DNA from: a virus
DNA length: 64,000 nucleotides
Strand: one strand, 5' to 3'
Virus record (IMG/VR): IMGVR_UViG_3300021090_000013
Coordinates: 9,295-73,294 of that record
Position 1 is the stretch's first letter. The number at the start of each line of letters is the position of its first letter. Below the pieces are notes generated by a model. The model did not search any database and was not told where the DNA came from. It saw only the letters and a list, made by a program, of their open reading frames with translations. The position numbers and the translations under genes are program-made. Positions 47,064-56,024 of this stretch are shown here, in pieces.

Positions 47064-49487
47064 ATGTCCGAACGGCTCGCCCGCGGCGTCATCGAGATCG
47101 CGATCGACGACAAGGACGTCCGGGCCGGCCTCGCCCGCGTGACCGGCGCCTCCGACAGCGCGGCGCACTCGGTCGCCGGCATCAGCGACGGGATGAGGAC
47201 CTCCTTCGGGGCGGTGGCCACCGTCCTGGGCGGAGCGGTCACAGCCATCGCGGGAATCACCACCGGAATCGTGGCCCTGGGCATCCACGGGTCTGACGTT
47301 GCCGACGTCCAGGAAGCCTTCTCCGGGCTCTCGGAGGGGATGGGCTCCACCGCAGACGTGATGCTGGGCGTGCTTCAGGAAGGGACCCAGGGCACCATCT
47401 CGAACTTCGACCTCATGAAGATGTCGAATGCGGCCCTCGGAAGCGGGCTCATCACCTCTTCCGAGAGCATGGCCACGCTGGCGGCTGGGGCGAAGCTGCT
47501 CGCAGATAGCACCGGAGGCGATACCGCCGAAGCCTTCGACACCTTGACCACGGCGATGGCAAGTGGCCGCACGGCCGCCCTCAAGCACCTGGGCATCTTC
47601 GTCGACAGCAAGGTGGCGGTCGAGGACTACCGCAAGTCCACGGGCCACCTCACCGGCGAGCTGACTGACGGCCAGCGTGCGACGGCGCTCAGCGAGGCCG
47701 CCCTGCGGGCGCTCCGAAAGCAGGTCGACGAGAACGGGATCTCCGTAAAGGACTTCTCCGACAACGTCGCCCGCGTCAAGGTCGCCGTCCAAAACTGGAC
47801 CGACAGCCTGGCCGTCGCCATTGCCAAGTCCCCAGTCTTGTCCGCCGGGATGGGGGTGCTGGGCACGGCCATCACGAACGCCTTCGGCTCGAACCAGCAA
47901 GCGCAAACGCAAGCCCTCGCGCGTCATGTCGGGAGCTTCGCCATCGGCATAGTGAACACGGGCATCGTCCTTGGCACGTTCGCCTCGGTAGCCAATGCCG
48001 TCTTCTCCGGGGTCCGGGTCGTCGTGTTGTCCGTCCTCGAAACCTTCGTGGTCCTCGCCACCGGTATCGTCGGAATCATCAATGAGCTTGTCCACGGGGC
48101 CAGCACAATCCCGGGGTTCAGCCTTGCCCTGGGCGGAGTGGAGGCATCGACTACCGCGGCGACACTCGCGCTGGATGAGATGGCGCACGGGCTGACCGAG
48201 CAGATCGGAGAGGCGGCGAAGGGAGTCGCCGGCAACAACGAGCTCGGCCAGAAGATCACCGCGACCACCGGCACCTTCATGCTCATGCGGGACGCGATGG
48301 TCAAGGCCCAGACCGAGCAGCTCAAGGTGACCGCGACGGCCCCGCACCCGGCGATCAAGAAGGTGGGCGACGAGGCCGGGCTCACGGCCGCGCAGATGCT
48401 GGCGCTGGCCGAGGCCGAGCGCACCGCCACAGATCGCGCCTTTGCGATGAACCAAACGCTTGAGGCCAAGGGACAGGAGCTTCAAGACAACCTGACGGCG
48501 TCGACTCTTAGCGGCGTGGATGCGCGGCTCTTTCAGATCAATCGAGAGCGCGAAGCCGCCCTGGCGAGCCTGGCGCAGTACGCGCGCTCCTACCCGGTGT
48601 GGTACGCGGCGCAAGTCCTCGCGGTGCAACTGACCTACGGCAACATGACGGCGGCCGCGCAGGGCCACTTCACCACCGTGAAACAGGCTGCCGAGGCCGC
48701 CGGTTTCGCGTTGCGATCAACACTCCAGGCCACGTCCGCCAACGCCACGACCCTCTACGCCGACATGCTCGCAAGTGGGCAATTCACCTACGCCCAGCTC
48801 GTCGCGGCCGGCCAGGCATCAGCCAATGCCCAGCAGTTGGCTAACGGCGGGACGGCGCTGACTCATGATGAGCAATTGCGAGAGACGGCCCGAATCGCGG
48901 CCGAGGCATACGCAGCGATCACGAGAGCTGCTGTAGCCTCGGACGCCGAGATCGAGCGGGCCCACAGGGCATCGGCCGACGCCCAAAAGGCGGTGGACGA
49001 GGCCGTGCTCAGGGCCCGACTCGGCCATGCAGCAATGGCCCTCGACGCCGCCTCCTCAATGATCGGCTCCATCTTCTCGCACAACAAGTCGACGGCGATC
49101 GCGATGGCCTTGATCGACACCGCGTCGGCCATCGTCAAAGCCATCGCTGCGACCCCCTTGCCCTGGGGCCTGATCCCGGCCGCGGCGGCCGCTGCCATGG
49201 GCGCCGCCCAGATCGCGACGATTCGGAACACGAACCCGGGCCACGCCCTAGGCACGCCGCGGCTCGACTTCGCCGACTTCGGCTCGGAGTCCTTCCAGCC
49301 GCTGCACAACCAGGAGGCCGTCATCCCCCGTGGCGGCGGACACCTGTTGGCCGGCGAGATCGCTGACTCCATGGGTGGTAGCGCCGAGCTGGGGGCCAAG
49401 CTCGATCGAATCGCGGACCTCCTCGAACGACAGCCAGCCGAGATGCGCAAGGCCTACCGCAACGCGTTCCTGCTGGACACGGCCTGA
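47064..49487 (+). CDS. tape measure protein (unit 2)
   Basis: ~807 aa Ala-rich helical protein; C-terminal DFGS...LHNQEAVIP like unit 1. Confidence 0.9.
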   Translation: MSERLARGVIEIAIDDKDVRAGLARVTGASDSAAHSVAGISDGMRTSFGAVATVLGGAVTAIAGITTGIVALGIHGSDVADVQEAFSGLSEGMGSTADVMLGVLQEGTQGTISNFDLMKMSNAALGSGLITSSESMATLAAGAKLLADSTGGDTAEAFDTLTTAMASGRTAALKHLGIFVDSKVAVEDYRKSTGHLTGELTDGQRATALSEAALRALRKQVDENGISVKDFSDNVARVKVAVQNWTDSLAVAIAKSPVLSAGMGVLGTAITNAFGSNQQAQTQALARHVGSFAIGIVNTGIVLGTFASVANAVFSGVRVVVLSVLETFVVLATGIVGIINELVHGASTIPGFSLALGGVEASTTAATLALDEMAHGLTEQIGEAAKGVAGNNELGQKITATTGTFMLMRDAMVKAQTEQLKVTATAPHPAIKKVGDEAGLTAAQMLALAEAERTATDRAFAMNQTLEAKGQELQDNLTASTLSGVDARLFQINREREAALASLAQYARSYPVWYAAQVLAVQLTYGNMTAAAQGHFTTVKQAAEAAGFALRSTLQATSANATTLYADMLASGQFTYAQLVAAGQASANAQQLANGGTALTHDEQLRETARIAAEAYAAITRAAVASDAEIERAHRASADAQKAVDEAVLRARLGHAAMALDAASSMIGSIFSHNKSTAIAMALIDTASAIVKAIAATPLPWGLIPAAAAAAMGAAQIATIRNTNPGHALGTPRLDFADFGSESFQPLHNQEAVIPRGGGHLLAGEIADSMGGSAELGAKLDRIADLLERQPAEMRKAYRNAFLLDTA

Positions 49488-51079
49488 TGGGCGAGACCGT
49501 CACGATCGTTCCGCGCGTGGAGATGATGTTCGGCTCGGACTGGGTTGACGTGTCCGACGACGTCGTGTCCCAGGTCGAGGCCGCGTGGGGCATCCACGGC
49601 GCCAATCCGAAGCAGCGCATCGCGGACCCTGGCACCATGCGTTTCCAGCTCGACAACTCCAGCCAGAACAGCGGTGGCGTGCGCGGCTATTACACCATCG
49701 GGCATCCCGACGCCCGCGCGGGGTTCGACGTCAAGACGCCGGTCCGATTCGTGCTGCACAACGACCTGCTCGGGGACAAGGTGCGGTGGGTGGGCACCAT
49801 CGAGGGCGCGAAGCCGGGCGCCGGAGTCAAGGACCAAACGGTCGACGTGTCCTGCGTCGACTGGCTGGAGGAGGCCGCCCGGGCGAAGATCAGCGGTCTG
49901 GGCGTCCAGGTCGACATCCAATCCGACGTCCTCTTCCAGCTCCTCATCGACGCGGCGGACACGCCTCCGCCAGGCGGCACGCTGGTCGGGACCGGTTCCG
50001 ACGTCTACGAATACGCCCTCGACAACGTCCAGGACGAGACGACGACACTGATCGAGGCCTTGAACAAGCTCCTGCTTAGCGAGTTCGGGCTTTCCTACGT
50101 GTCGGCCGGCGTTGGGGTGTTCGAGGGCCGGCGGCTTCGCAGCGGCGGTGGCGGCGTGCAGCTCGCGCTGGACGAGGACGAGAACCTCATCACTCTGTCC
50201 ACGGTGAACGGGAGAGACGAGGTAATCAACCACGTCCTGGTGTCCGTCCACCCGCGCCGCACGGACCCTGTCTATGCGGTCCTCTTCAACCTCGGCTCCT
50301 CTCTCGATATCGTGCGCGGGACGGAGATCACAATCAGTTGTCCCTACCGCGACCAGAACCAGCAGGCCCAGCGCGTGGGCGGCCTCGACATGCAGGACCC
50401 GGATGCCGGCGAGGGCGACTACTCCTTCAACGCCGCCGAGGACGGGTCGGGGAAGGACCTCACGGAGCAACTGACCGTGACGGCGGTCTTCGGCGGGAAC
50501 TCCGCAGCGGTGACCATCGCCAACAACGGGCCCAACGACGGCTTCGTCCCTCCGAACGGGCTGAAGCTGCGCGGGATCGGCCTATACGACTTCGAGCCTG
50601 TCATCGCGGACCGTTCGGACGTCGACAGCATCCTGGCCTACGGAGAGTGCCCGCTGGGCTATGACATGCCCTACCAGAGTTCGCCGACGAACGCGGGCGA
50701 CCTGGCGCTCTTCATCCTCGCGCTGAACAAGACGGCTCGCGTGCGCGCCCAGAAGGTGACGTTCATCGCCAACTGGAGCTACACGGAGTGCGAGCAGGCG
50801 TTCAACCTCGAGATCTCCAACCGCGTGTCTGTGACCTCGGCGCCCTCAGGGCTCGCCGCCGAGCCGTACTTCGTCAACGGCTTCCGGATGGTCGCGCACA
50901 TGAGCGGCCTGGTGACCGTGACGTTAGACCTGGCGCCGACGGACACAGCCGAGTATTGGCAGCTCGAGGTGGACGGCAGGACCGAGCTCGACGAGACGAC
51001 GGTGCTCGGCTACGGGCTGTTCACCGCCGGCTGGATCCTCAACAGCTCAGAGCTTGGGTCTCAGACGTTTTTGAACTGA
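49487..51079 (+). CDS. minor tail/tail-tip protein
   Basis: After the tape measure gene; shares DNS..NS.G..G.Y, VDW..EAA, VHP.R.D, RVGG.DM and DM.YQS with 5938-8556. Confidence 0.75.
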   Translation: MGETVTIVPRVEMMFGSDWVDVSDDVVSQVEAAWGIHGANPKQRIADPGTMRFQLDNSSQNSGGVRGYYTIGHPDARAGFDVKTPVRFVLHNDLLGDKVRWVGTIEGAKPGAGVKDQTVDVSCVDWLEEAARAKISGLGVQVDIQSDVLFQLLIDAADTPPPGGTLVGTGSDVYEYALDNVQDETTTLIEALNKLLLSEFGLSYVSAGVGVFEGRRLRSGGGGVQLALDEDENLITLSTVNGRDEVINHVLVSVHPRRTDPVYAVLFNLGSSLDIVRGTEITISCPYRDQNQQAQRVGGLDMQDPDAGEGDYSFNAAEDGSGKDLTEQLTVTAVFGGNSAAVTIANNGPNDGFVPPNGLKLRGIGLYDFEPVIADRSDVDSILAYGECPLGYDMPYQSSPTNAGDLALFILALNKTARVRAQKVTFIANWSYTECEQAFNLEISNRVSVTSAPSGLAAEPYFVNGFRMVAHMSGLVTVTLDLAPTDTAEYWQLEVDGRTELDETTVLGYGLFTAGWILNSSELGSQTFLN

Positions 51080-51086
51080 GGGTGCT

Positions 51087-51371
51087 ATGGCTTGGACCGC
51101 ACCAAGATCTTGGGCTCAGGGCCAACTCGTCGAGGCTGCCGATCTGAACGAGCAGGTGCGGGACAACCTCGCACACCTGAAGTTGCTCGTGAACGACGAC
51201 GGCAAGATCCCGATCCTAAGTGACACCTATCTAGCCGATCTCTCGGGAGCGAATCTCACAGGAGTCGCCAAGATCGCCGCGAATAACGACTTCACGGGGG
51301 TAAACAATTTTGGCTTTGGCATAGGTGCTCGCCTGATCCTTCCGACCGGTTCCGATCGATGGGCGACATGA
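51087..51371 (+). CDS. short tail-fibre-type protein, paralog of the N-terminus of 51368-52312
   Basis: MAWTAPRSW..G...RDNL..LK and NN.FTG...RL.LP.G.D shared with the next gene. Confidence 0.65.
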   Translation: MAWTAPRSWAQGQLVEAADLNEQVRDNLAHLKLLVNDDGKIPILSDTYLADLSGANLTGVAKIAANNDFTGVNNFGFGIGARLILPTGSDRWAT

Positions 51372-52312
51372 GCTGGACGACGCCGCGCACATGGGTCGAC
51401 GGGGAAGTGACCACGGCGGCTCAGTTCGATGCCCACATTCGCGACAACCTAACGGTGCTGAAGGTCACACGCAACGCCGAGGGGCGGCTGATAGAACTCT
51501 CTAGCACGACCATTGAGGACCTCACCGCACCCGATAAAGGCATGGCGGGGGTTGGGAGTAACAACAACTTCACGGGCGGGTCGACGAAGTTCAGCGGAGC
51601 CGGAAGGTTGGTTCTTCCCGTCGGTGCGGACAAATACGTGTCATACCCCTTCGGCCTTCGTTCGGGATTCTGGGTCGAGGGTGACTATCTGCACCACGTC
51701 CAGAGCGACCAGACGACAGAATGGCATTATCTCGGCGAGTACGTATCGACGCCAGCGGGCGCAGTGCCAGGCTCTATCTGGGTCGAGGGCAATTACCTCC
51801 ACTACATCGACGCCGACGGCGACGAGCGGCGGTGTCTCTCGGCCGGCGTAACGGGACACGCCGACGCGGCTGCGGTCGGCGGCTCGACATGGGTCGAGAC
51901 GTTCGTTCACTGGATCCGTGAAGCCGGGGCCCTGGAATGCCCGGGACATGCCGACGTCGCCCATGCGGACGGGTCCGAGCACAACGACGGTCACGGGGAC
52001 CTCGCGCATGCGGACTCGCACGCGGACTCCGGCCATGCGGACTCGCACACGGATGGAGCGCACGCCGACGAGCACTTCGATGTTGCGCACGCCGACGACC
52101 ATGACGACCACGGCGACACGCTCGACACGCCCAACCACGCCGACGAGCACTTCGATGTTGCGCACGGTGACGTGCACGTGGACTACCACTTCGACACGCA
52201 TGCCGACGAACCGCATAGCGACGACCACAACGACTCGCACACCGACTGGCATTTCGACCACGAGGATTATTCCGACTCCCCGACGCTGAACCAGCCAACG
52301 GTGGTTGTGTGA
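51368..52312 (+). CDS. tail-fibre-type protein with C-terminal His-x-Asp repeat tract
   Basis: N-terminus MSWTTPRTWVDGE...RDNL; three WVE repeats; 24 HxD motifs at 51947-52267 followed by YSD. Confidence 0.75.
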   Translation: MSWTTPRTWVDGEVTTAAQFDAHIRDNLTVLKVTRNAEGRLIELSSTTIEDLTAPDKGMAGVGSNNNFTGGSTKFSGAGRLVLPVGADKYVSYPFGLRSGFWVEGDYLHHVQSDQTTEWHYLGEYVSTPAGAVPGSIWVEGNYLHYIDADGDERRCLSAGVTGHADAAAVGGSTWVETFVHWIREAGALECPGHADVAHADGSEHNDGHGDLAHADSHADSGHADSHTDGAHADEHFDVAHADDHDDHGDTLDTPNHADEHFDVAHGDVHVDYHFDTHADEPHSDDHNDSHTDWHFDHEDYSDSPTLNQPTVVV

Positions 52313-53520
52313 GTGTCGAGGTGAACATCGTTGGGACGCGGTGCAAGATGGCTTGCGCCTATTGCTACCAGTTGCCCGTACGCGTGGCGACGAACAACCG
52401 TGCACTGCGCCTCCTCGACCATTCGGCGATCCGTGCGGCGGTCGTAGCGGCGAACCCCGGCCCTGCCGGCTTCAGCATCTTTGGAGGCGAGCCGCTTCTC
52501 GCGGCGATCGAGGATCTCGAAAAGCTCTGGACCTTCGGCCTCGAGCGCTACGGGAAGAATGGAGTCCAGACGAGCGGCTCGGAGATCGGGGAGGAGCACC
52601 TCGCGCTGTTCAAGAAGTACCGGGTCCACGTCGGGTTCTCCATCGACGGGCCAGGGGAATTGAACGACGCCCGGCATGCCGGCACGCCAGACCAAACCCG
52701 CGCGGCCACAGCTCATTCCGAGGCGATGCTGAGGCGGTGCCTGGCGGAGAAGGTCGGCGCGTCCCTGATCGTGACCCTACACCGCCTCAACGCAGCGCCC
52801 GATCGACTCCCGCGCCTTCTCGCCTGGTTCCGCGATCTCGACGCCGTTGGCCTCTCCAGCGTGCGGCTTCACCTCCTGGAGCGAGATGGGCCAGGCGGCG
52901 AACGCCTTGCGCTGACATCGGAGCAGAACACGGCCGCGCTCTTCGCCGCTCGCGACCTGGAGCCGTCTCTCGCTCGACTAAAGTTCGACGTCTTCGCCGA
53001 CATCGAGAAGAAGCTCCTCGATCCGACTACGTCGGCGACGTGCGTCTGGAACGGCTGCGATCCCTGGACCACGCCGGCAGTCCAGGGGATCGAGGCCGAT
53101 GGCTCGCGGGGCCTATGCCAGCGCGTCCACAAGGACGGGAAGCAGTGGCGTCCGGCGGACCAGCACTCGAACATCCGCCAGGTGGTCCTCTGGAACACGG
53201 CGCAAGAGGACGGCGGCTGCCGCGGCTGCCGGTTCTTCCTGCAGTGCGGCGGACACTGCCCGGGCACTGCGATAGGCGGTGATTGGCGCAACCGCTCAAT
53301 CGACTGCCCGACGTGGTTCGCGCTCCTGGAGCGAACGGAGCTGGAGATGGTGGCCCGCGGAGAGCAACCGGCCTCACTCGCCGCCGACCTTGAGGCGCGG
53401 ATTGAACGCTCCCTCGTCGGAGCCGCTGCGCCGAGCGGCCATGGGGACGCACACGGAGACTCTCCACACGGTGACGATCACGGAGACCATACGGACGCGG
53501 GCGACGAGGGGCACGCATGA
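52309..53520 (+). CDS. radical SAM/SPASM domain enzyme with HxD tail
   Basis: CKMACAYC (CxxxCxxC), FGGEPLL, FSIDGP; SPASM cysteines CVWNGC...LC...CRGCRFFLQCGGHCP...DC; C-terminal 5x HxD. Confidence 0.92.
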   Translation: MSVEVNIVGTRCKMACAYCYQLPVRVATNNRALRLLDHSAIRAAVVAANPGPAGFSIFGGEPLLAAIEDLEKLWTFGLERYGKNGVQTSGSEIGEEHLALFKKYRVHVGFSIDGPGELNDARHAGTPDQTRAATAHSEAMLRRCLAEKVGASLIVTLHRLNAAPDRLPRLLAWFRDLDAVGLSSVRLHLLERDGPGGERLALTSEQNTAALFAARDLEPSLARLKFDVFADIEKKLLDPTTSATCVWNGCDPWTTPAVQGIEADGSRGLCQRVHKDGKQWRPADQHSNIRQVVLWNTAQEDGGCRGCRFFLQCGGHCPGTAIGGDWRNRSIDCPTWFALLERTELEMVARGEQPASLAADLEARIERSLVGAAAPSGHGDAHGDSPHGDDHGDHTDAGDEGHA

Positions 53521-54734
53521 CCGACCTTCCCCGTGAGTGGTGCCGGCCACCACAGTGGCTCGCTGGCGATTCGCGCGAGGCCTGGGAACCCGTCCTCCGT
53601 GCCGCCCAGGCCGCGTGGTCAGGGCTCGAGCTCGTCTCGATCACCGAGGGCCTGCGCGAATCCGCCATCGTCCATCTCGAGGCTGACGATCTCGCGCGCG
53701 CCGGGGCTGACGTCTCCCGGGTAGGCTTGGCCCTGTCGGTGCTGGAGCACAAGGAAGGCTCCTTTCGTGCGGTCGTGCACCATCCCCGCCTGGCCGCGGC
53801 CTGGCATGCGGCCTGGGCTGCCGGCGATCACGAAGCGGTCGGCGTGCTGCTCGGCTTTCCGGCCTGCTGCCGCGCCTTCTTCTCCCGCGAGTGGGTCGCC
53901 GCCGGCTCCTACCGCGACCTCACCTTCGCCATGGACACGGTTGATGGCCCGTGGGAGGCGAACACGATGCTGCGCTGGCTCGGCGTCCGGCTGGTGCCCC
54001 ACCTGCCCTGCAGCAGCTCGTGCGCCGAGACAGTCGCCCAGGCGCGGGCCTACCTGGAGGCGGGGCGCAGGGCCGGGGTCGACGTTGCGTCCCTGGAGAC
54101 CGTCCTCAGGCTGCCAGTGACCCACGATGCGGCCAACGAAGTGGCGATCGTCAGCACGCCGCACTTCCGGTTCCTGGCAGGCGCCGACCGTGGGGCGAAG
54201 CGGGCCGTGGCCCGGAGATCCCAGGAGGAGCCCGGGAGCTGGACCGACAACGGCTTCGCGTCCCACGCGGCCATGGACCAGGCCCACGGGGCAATCCTGA
54301 GAGTGGTCGGCTGGGAGGCGCGGTCCGGGCTCGACCTTGGCTGCGGTGATGGTCGACTCTTATGGAGGGCCGCCCGTCCAGCCAGCGGGCCCTGGGATGG
54401 GGTCGAGTCCGACCCGGGCAGGGCCGAACGCGGGAGCCGCCGCTACGGGCCGCTGGTCACGGTGACCACCGGGAGGATCCAGGACGCCGACCTCTCGGCG
54501 GCGACCTACGACGTCGTCTTCTTGATGCCCGGCCGCCTGGTGGAGATGGACCCGCTGGAGGCCGCCAGGATCCGGGCCGCGCTGCCGGGCCTCGGGCGCC
54601 GGCTCGTCTTGTACGCCTACGGAGACTGGCTCGCAGACGGGCTACCGGCCCTGGCTGAGCGAGCAGGCCTGGGCGTGGTCGGAGACGTCGCCACCTCGCC
54701 CGGCACGGCCGCAGCGGAAGGAGTCGTTAGATGA
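53517..54734 (+). CDS. two-domain protein: Cys-containing N-domain plus class I SAM methyltransferase
   Basis: LLGFPACC and PHLPCSSSC in the N-half; LDLGCGDGRLL, GVESD, YDVVF in the C-half. Confidence 0.7.
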   Translation: MTDLPREWCRPPQWLAGDSREAWEPVLRAAQAAWSGLELVSITEGLRESAIVHLEADDLARAGADVSRVGLALSVLEHKEGSFRAVVHHPRLAAAWHAAWAAGDHEAVGVLLGFPACCRAFFSREWVAAGSYRDLTFAMDTVDGPWEANTMLRWLGVRLVPHLPCSSSCAETVAQARAYLEAGRRAGVDVASLETVLRLPVTHDAANEVAIVSTPHFRFLAGADRGAKRAVARRSQEEPGSWTDNGFASHAAMDQAHGAILRVVGWEARSGLDLGCGDGRLLWRAARPASGPWDGVESDPGRAERGSRRYGPLVTVTTGRIQDADLSAATYDVVFLMPGRLVEMDPLEAARIRAALPGLGRRLVLYAYGDWLADGLPALAERAGLGVVGDVATSPGTAAAEGVVR

Positions 54735-55252
54735 ATTGGAAGAGCCTACTCGGCGGTGGGTCTGCAGCGCCCGAGCCAGAGCCCAAGCCCGGGTTCGCGG
54801 ACTTCGGTCCTGGGGTCCCGGCGATGCTGCACTCCGACCAGGTCGTCCCCCACCCACCCCCCGCCGCCCCAGGCCTCGAGTGGTGGTGGCTGGTTCTCCA
54901 CCGCGGCCACGAGGCGTTCTACCTCCGCGCCCTGATGGCGGGAGACTTCGCTCCGGGCCACCTACCACTGCCTCGGCACGCCAGGCCACTCGACGCGGCC
55001 GCCGCCCCGCCGCCGGCATGCGGCACCTGCGGAGAGGTCCCCGCCGCGGCAGATCTCGAGGTGGTGGAGCGCTCCACGGGAGCCAGGCGCTTCCTGGACG
55101 CCTTCCGAGCCGGGCGGGCGAAGTGGCCGAAGCCGACGGACCCGGCGAGCTGCTGGGAGTGCTGCTCTCGGACCTTGCCCGCGATCCACGACGTCGACGG
55201 CGTGAAGGTCTGCGCCGGATGCGCGGCCCATCTAACGCGCGAGAGGAGGTGA
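54731..55252 (+). CDS. hypothetical Zn-finger protein
   Basis: CGTC, CWEC, CAGC; ATGA-coupled to the upstream gene. Confidence 0.55.
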   Translation: MNWKSLLGGGSAAPEPEPKPGFADFGPGVPAMLHSDQVVPHPPPAAPGLEWWWLVLHRGHEAFYLRALMAGDFAPGHLPLPRHARPLDAAAAPPPACGTCGEVPAAADLEVVERSTGARRFLDAFRAGRAKWPKPTDPASCWECCSRTLPAIHDVDGVKVCAGCAAHLTRERR

Positions 55253-55981
55253 AAGGGTGAACGGCTGCTCGCGGTGGTACGAGGCCCAGATATTGCACGA
55301 GCAGCAAGACGCCGCCAGGTTGCCGGGATCGTTGTTCTTCTTGTCGTGGTCGAGATGATGCACTTGCAGCTTCCGTTTCAACTCGCCCTGATGGTTGCCG
55401 CAGCGACGGCAGTAGTGTCCATCACGCTCAAGGATCGAGCGCTTGAACTTGCGCGTGAACTCCGGTCCGTAGGGCAGAGTGCTCACGCCACCTCGCCAGT
55501 GTGGACTGTTGGGCCCGCTGTTCTTCTCGGCGATGCGCCGCAGCACTTCGGGCGGGTGTCGCCTCCCGTAGAACGGATTGTTCGCTCCTGCGAGGTCGCG
55601 CTTTCGAACGGCTGCCGTCATCTTGGCGATGGTCTCAGGCGCGTGCTTCCAGCCATGCTTCGTTTGGTAGACGCCTCCGTTGTTGCGAAGGCGGGCTACC
55701 TGCCGGCGAGCGATCTCCTCGGCGGGGCGCTTCCGTCCGCGGAGCGCGAGGAGCGGGACGCCTGTGCGGGCCCGATTGAAGGTGGCGACACGCTCGGCGT
55801 TGAACAGGGTATGGGATGGCGCCGGGTTGTGCCCGTGAGCATAACGGGCCGGGCGCAGGTTCGTGTCGAGAGCGCGCAGCATCCTGCCGCACCCGCACAG
55901 GCATGGGACCTTCGGCAGCAACTCGGCCGCAGCCAACTTCCGTTCACGGTAGCGCTTAGTGATCTCGGACCTAGTAAGCAT
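55232..55981 (-). CDS. NUMOD3/HNH homing endonuclease
   Basis: CLCGCG, NPFYGRRHPPE, HWRGG, RDGHYCRRC...VHHLDHDKKNNDPGNL...C. Confidence 0.85.
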   Translation of the reverse strand: MLTRSEITKRYRERKLAAAELLPKVPCLCGCGRMLRALDTNLRPARYAHGHNPAPSHTLFNAERVATFNRARTGVPLLALRGRKRPAEEIARRQVARLRNNGGVYQTKHGWKHAPETIAKMTAAVRKRDLAGANNPFYGRRHPPEVLRRIAEKNSGPNSPHWRGGVSTLPYGPEFTRKFKRSILERDGHYCRRCGNHQGELKRKLQVHHLDHDKKNNDPGNLAASCCSCNIWASYHREQPFTLSPPLAR

Positions 55982-56024
55982 ATCGCCAGGATATCACGTC
56001 CTTGGCCTTCGCTGGAGGTGTGAA

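Noticed and set aside
39662-48668. Long antisense and alternate-frame ORFs (e.g. 40722-42269, 42206-43852, 44201-45718, 47028-48668)
   Set aside because: Shadow ORFs expected in high-GC DNA opposite clear structural genes; no motifs.
51947-52276. CRISPR array or diversity-generating retroelement repeat
   Set aside because: The repeats are in-frame coding units without constant repeat/unique spacer structure; no cas or reverse transcriptase gene in the window.
52309-53520. QueE/7-deazaguanine DNA modification or anaerobic sulfatase maturase role for the rSAM
   Set aside because: It has a SPASM domain unlike QueE; no queC/queD/folE/dpdA or sulfatase gene nearby; it is coupled to the HxD gene. 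Not formally excluded without a phylogeny.
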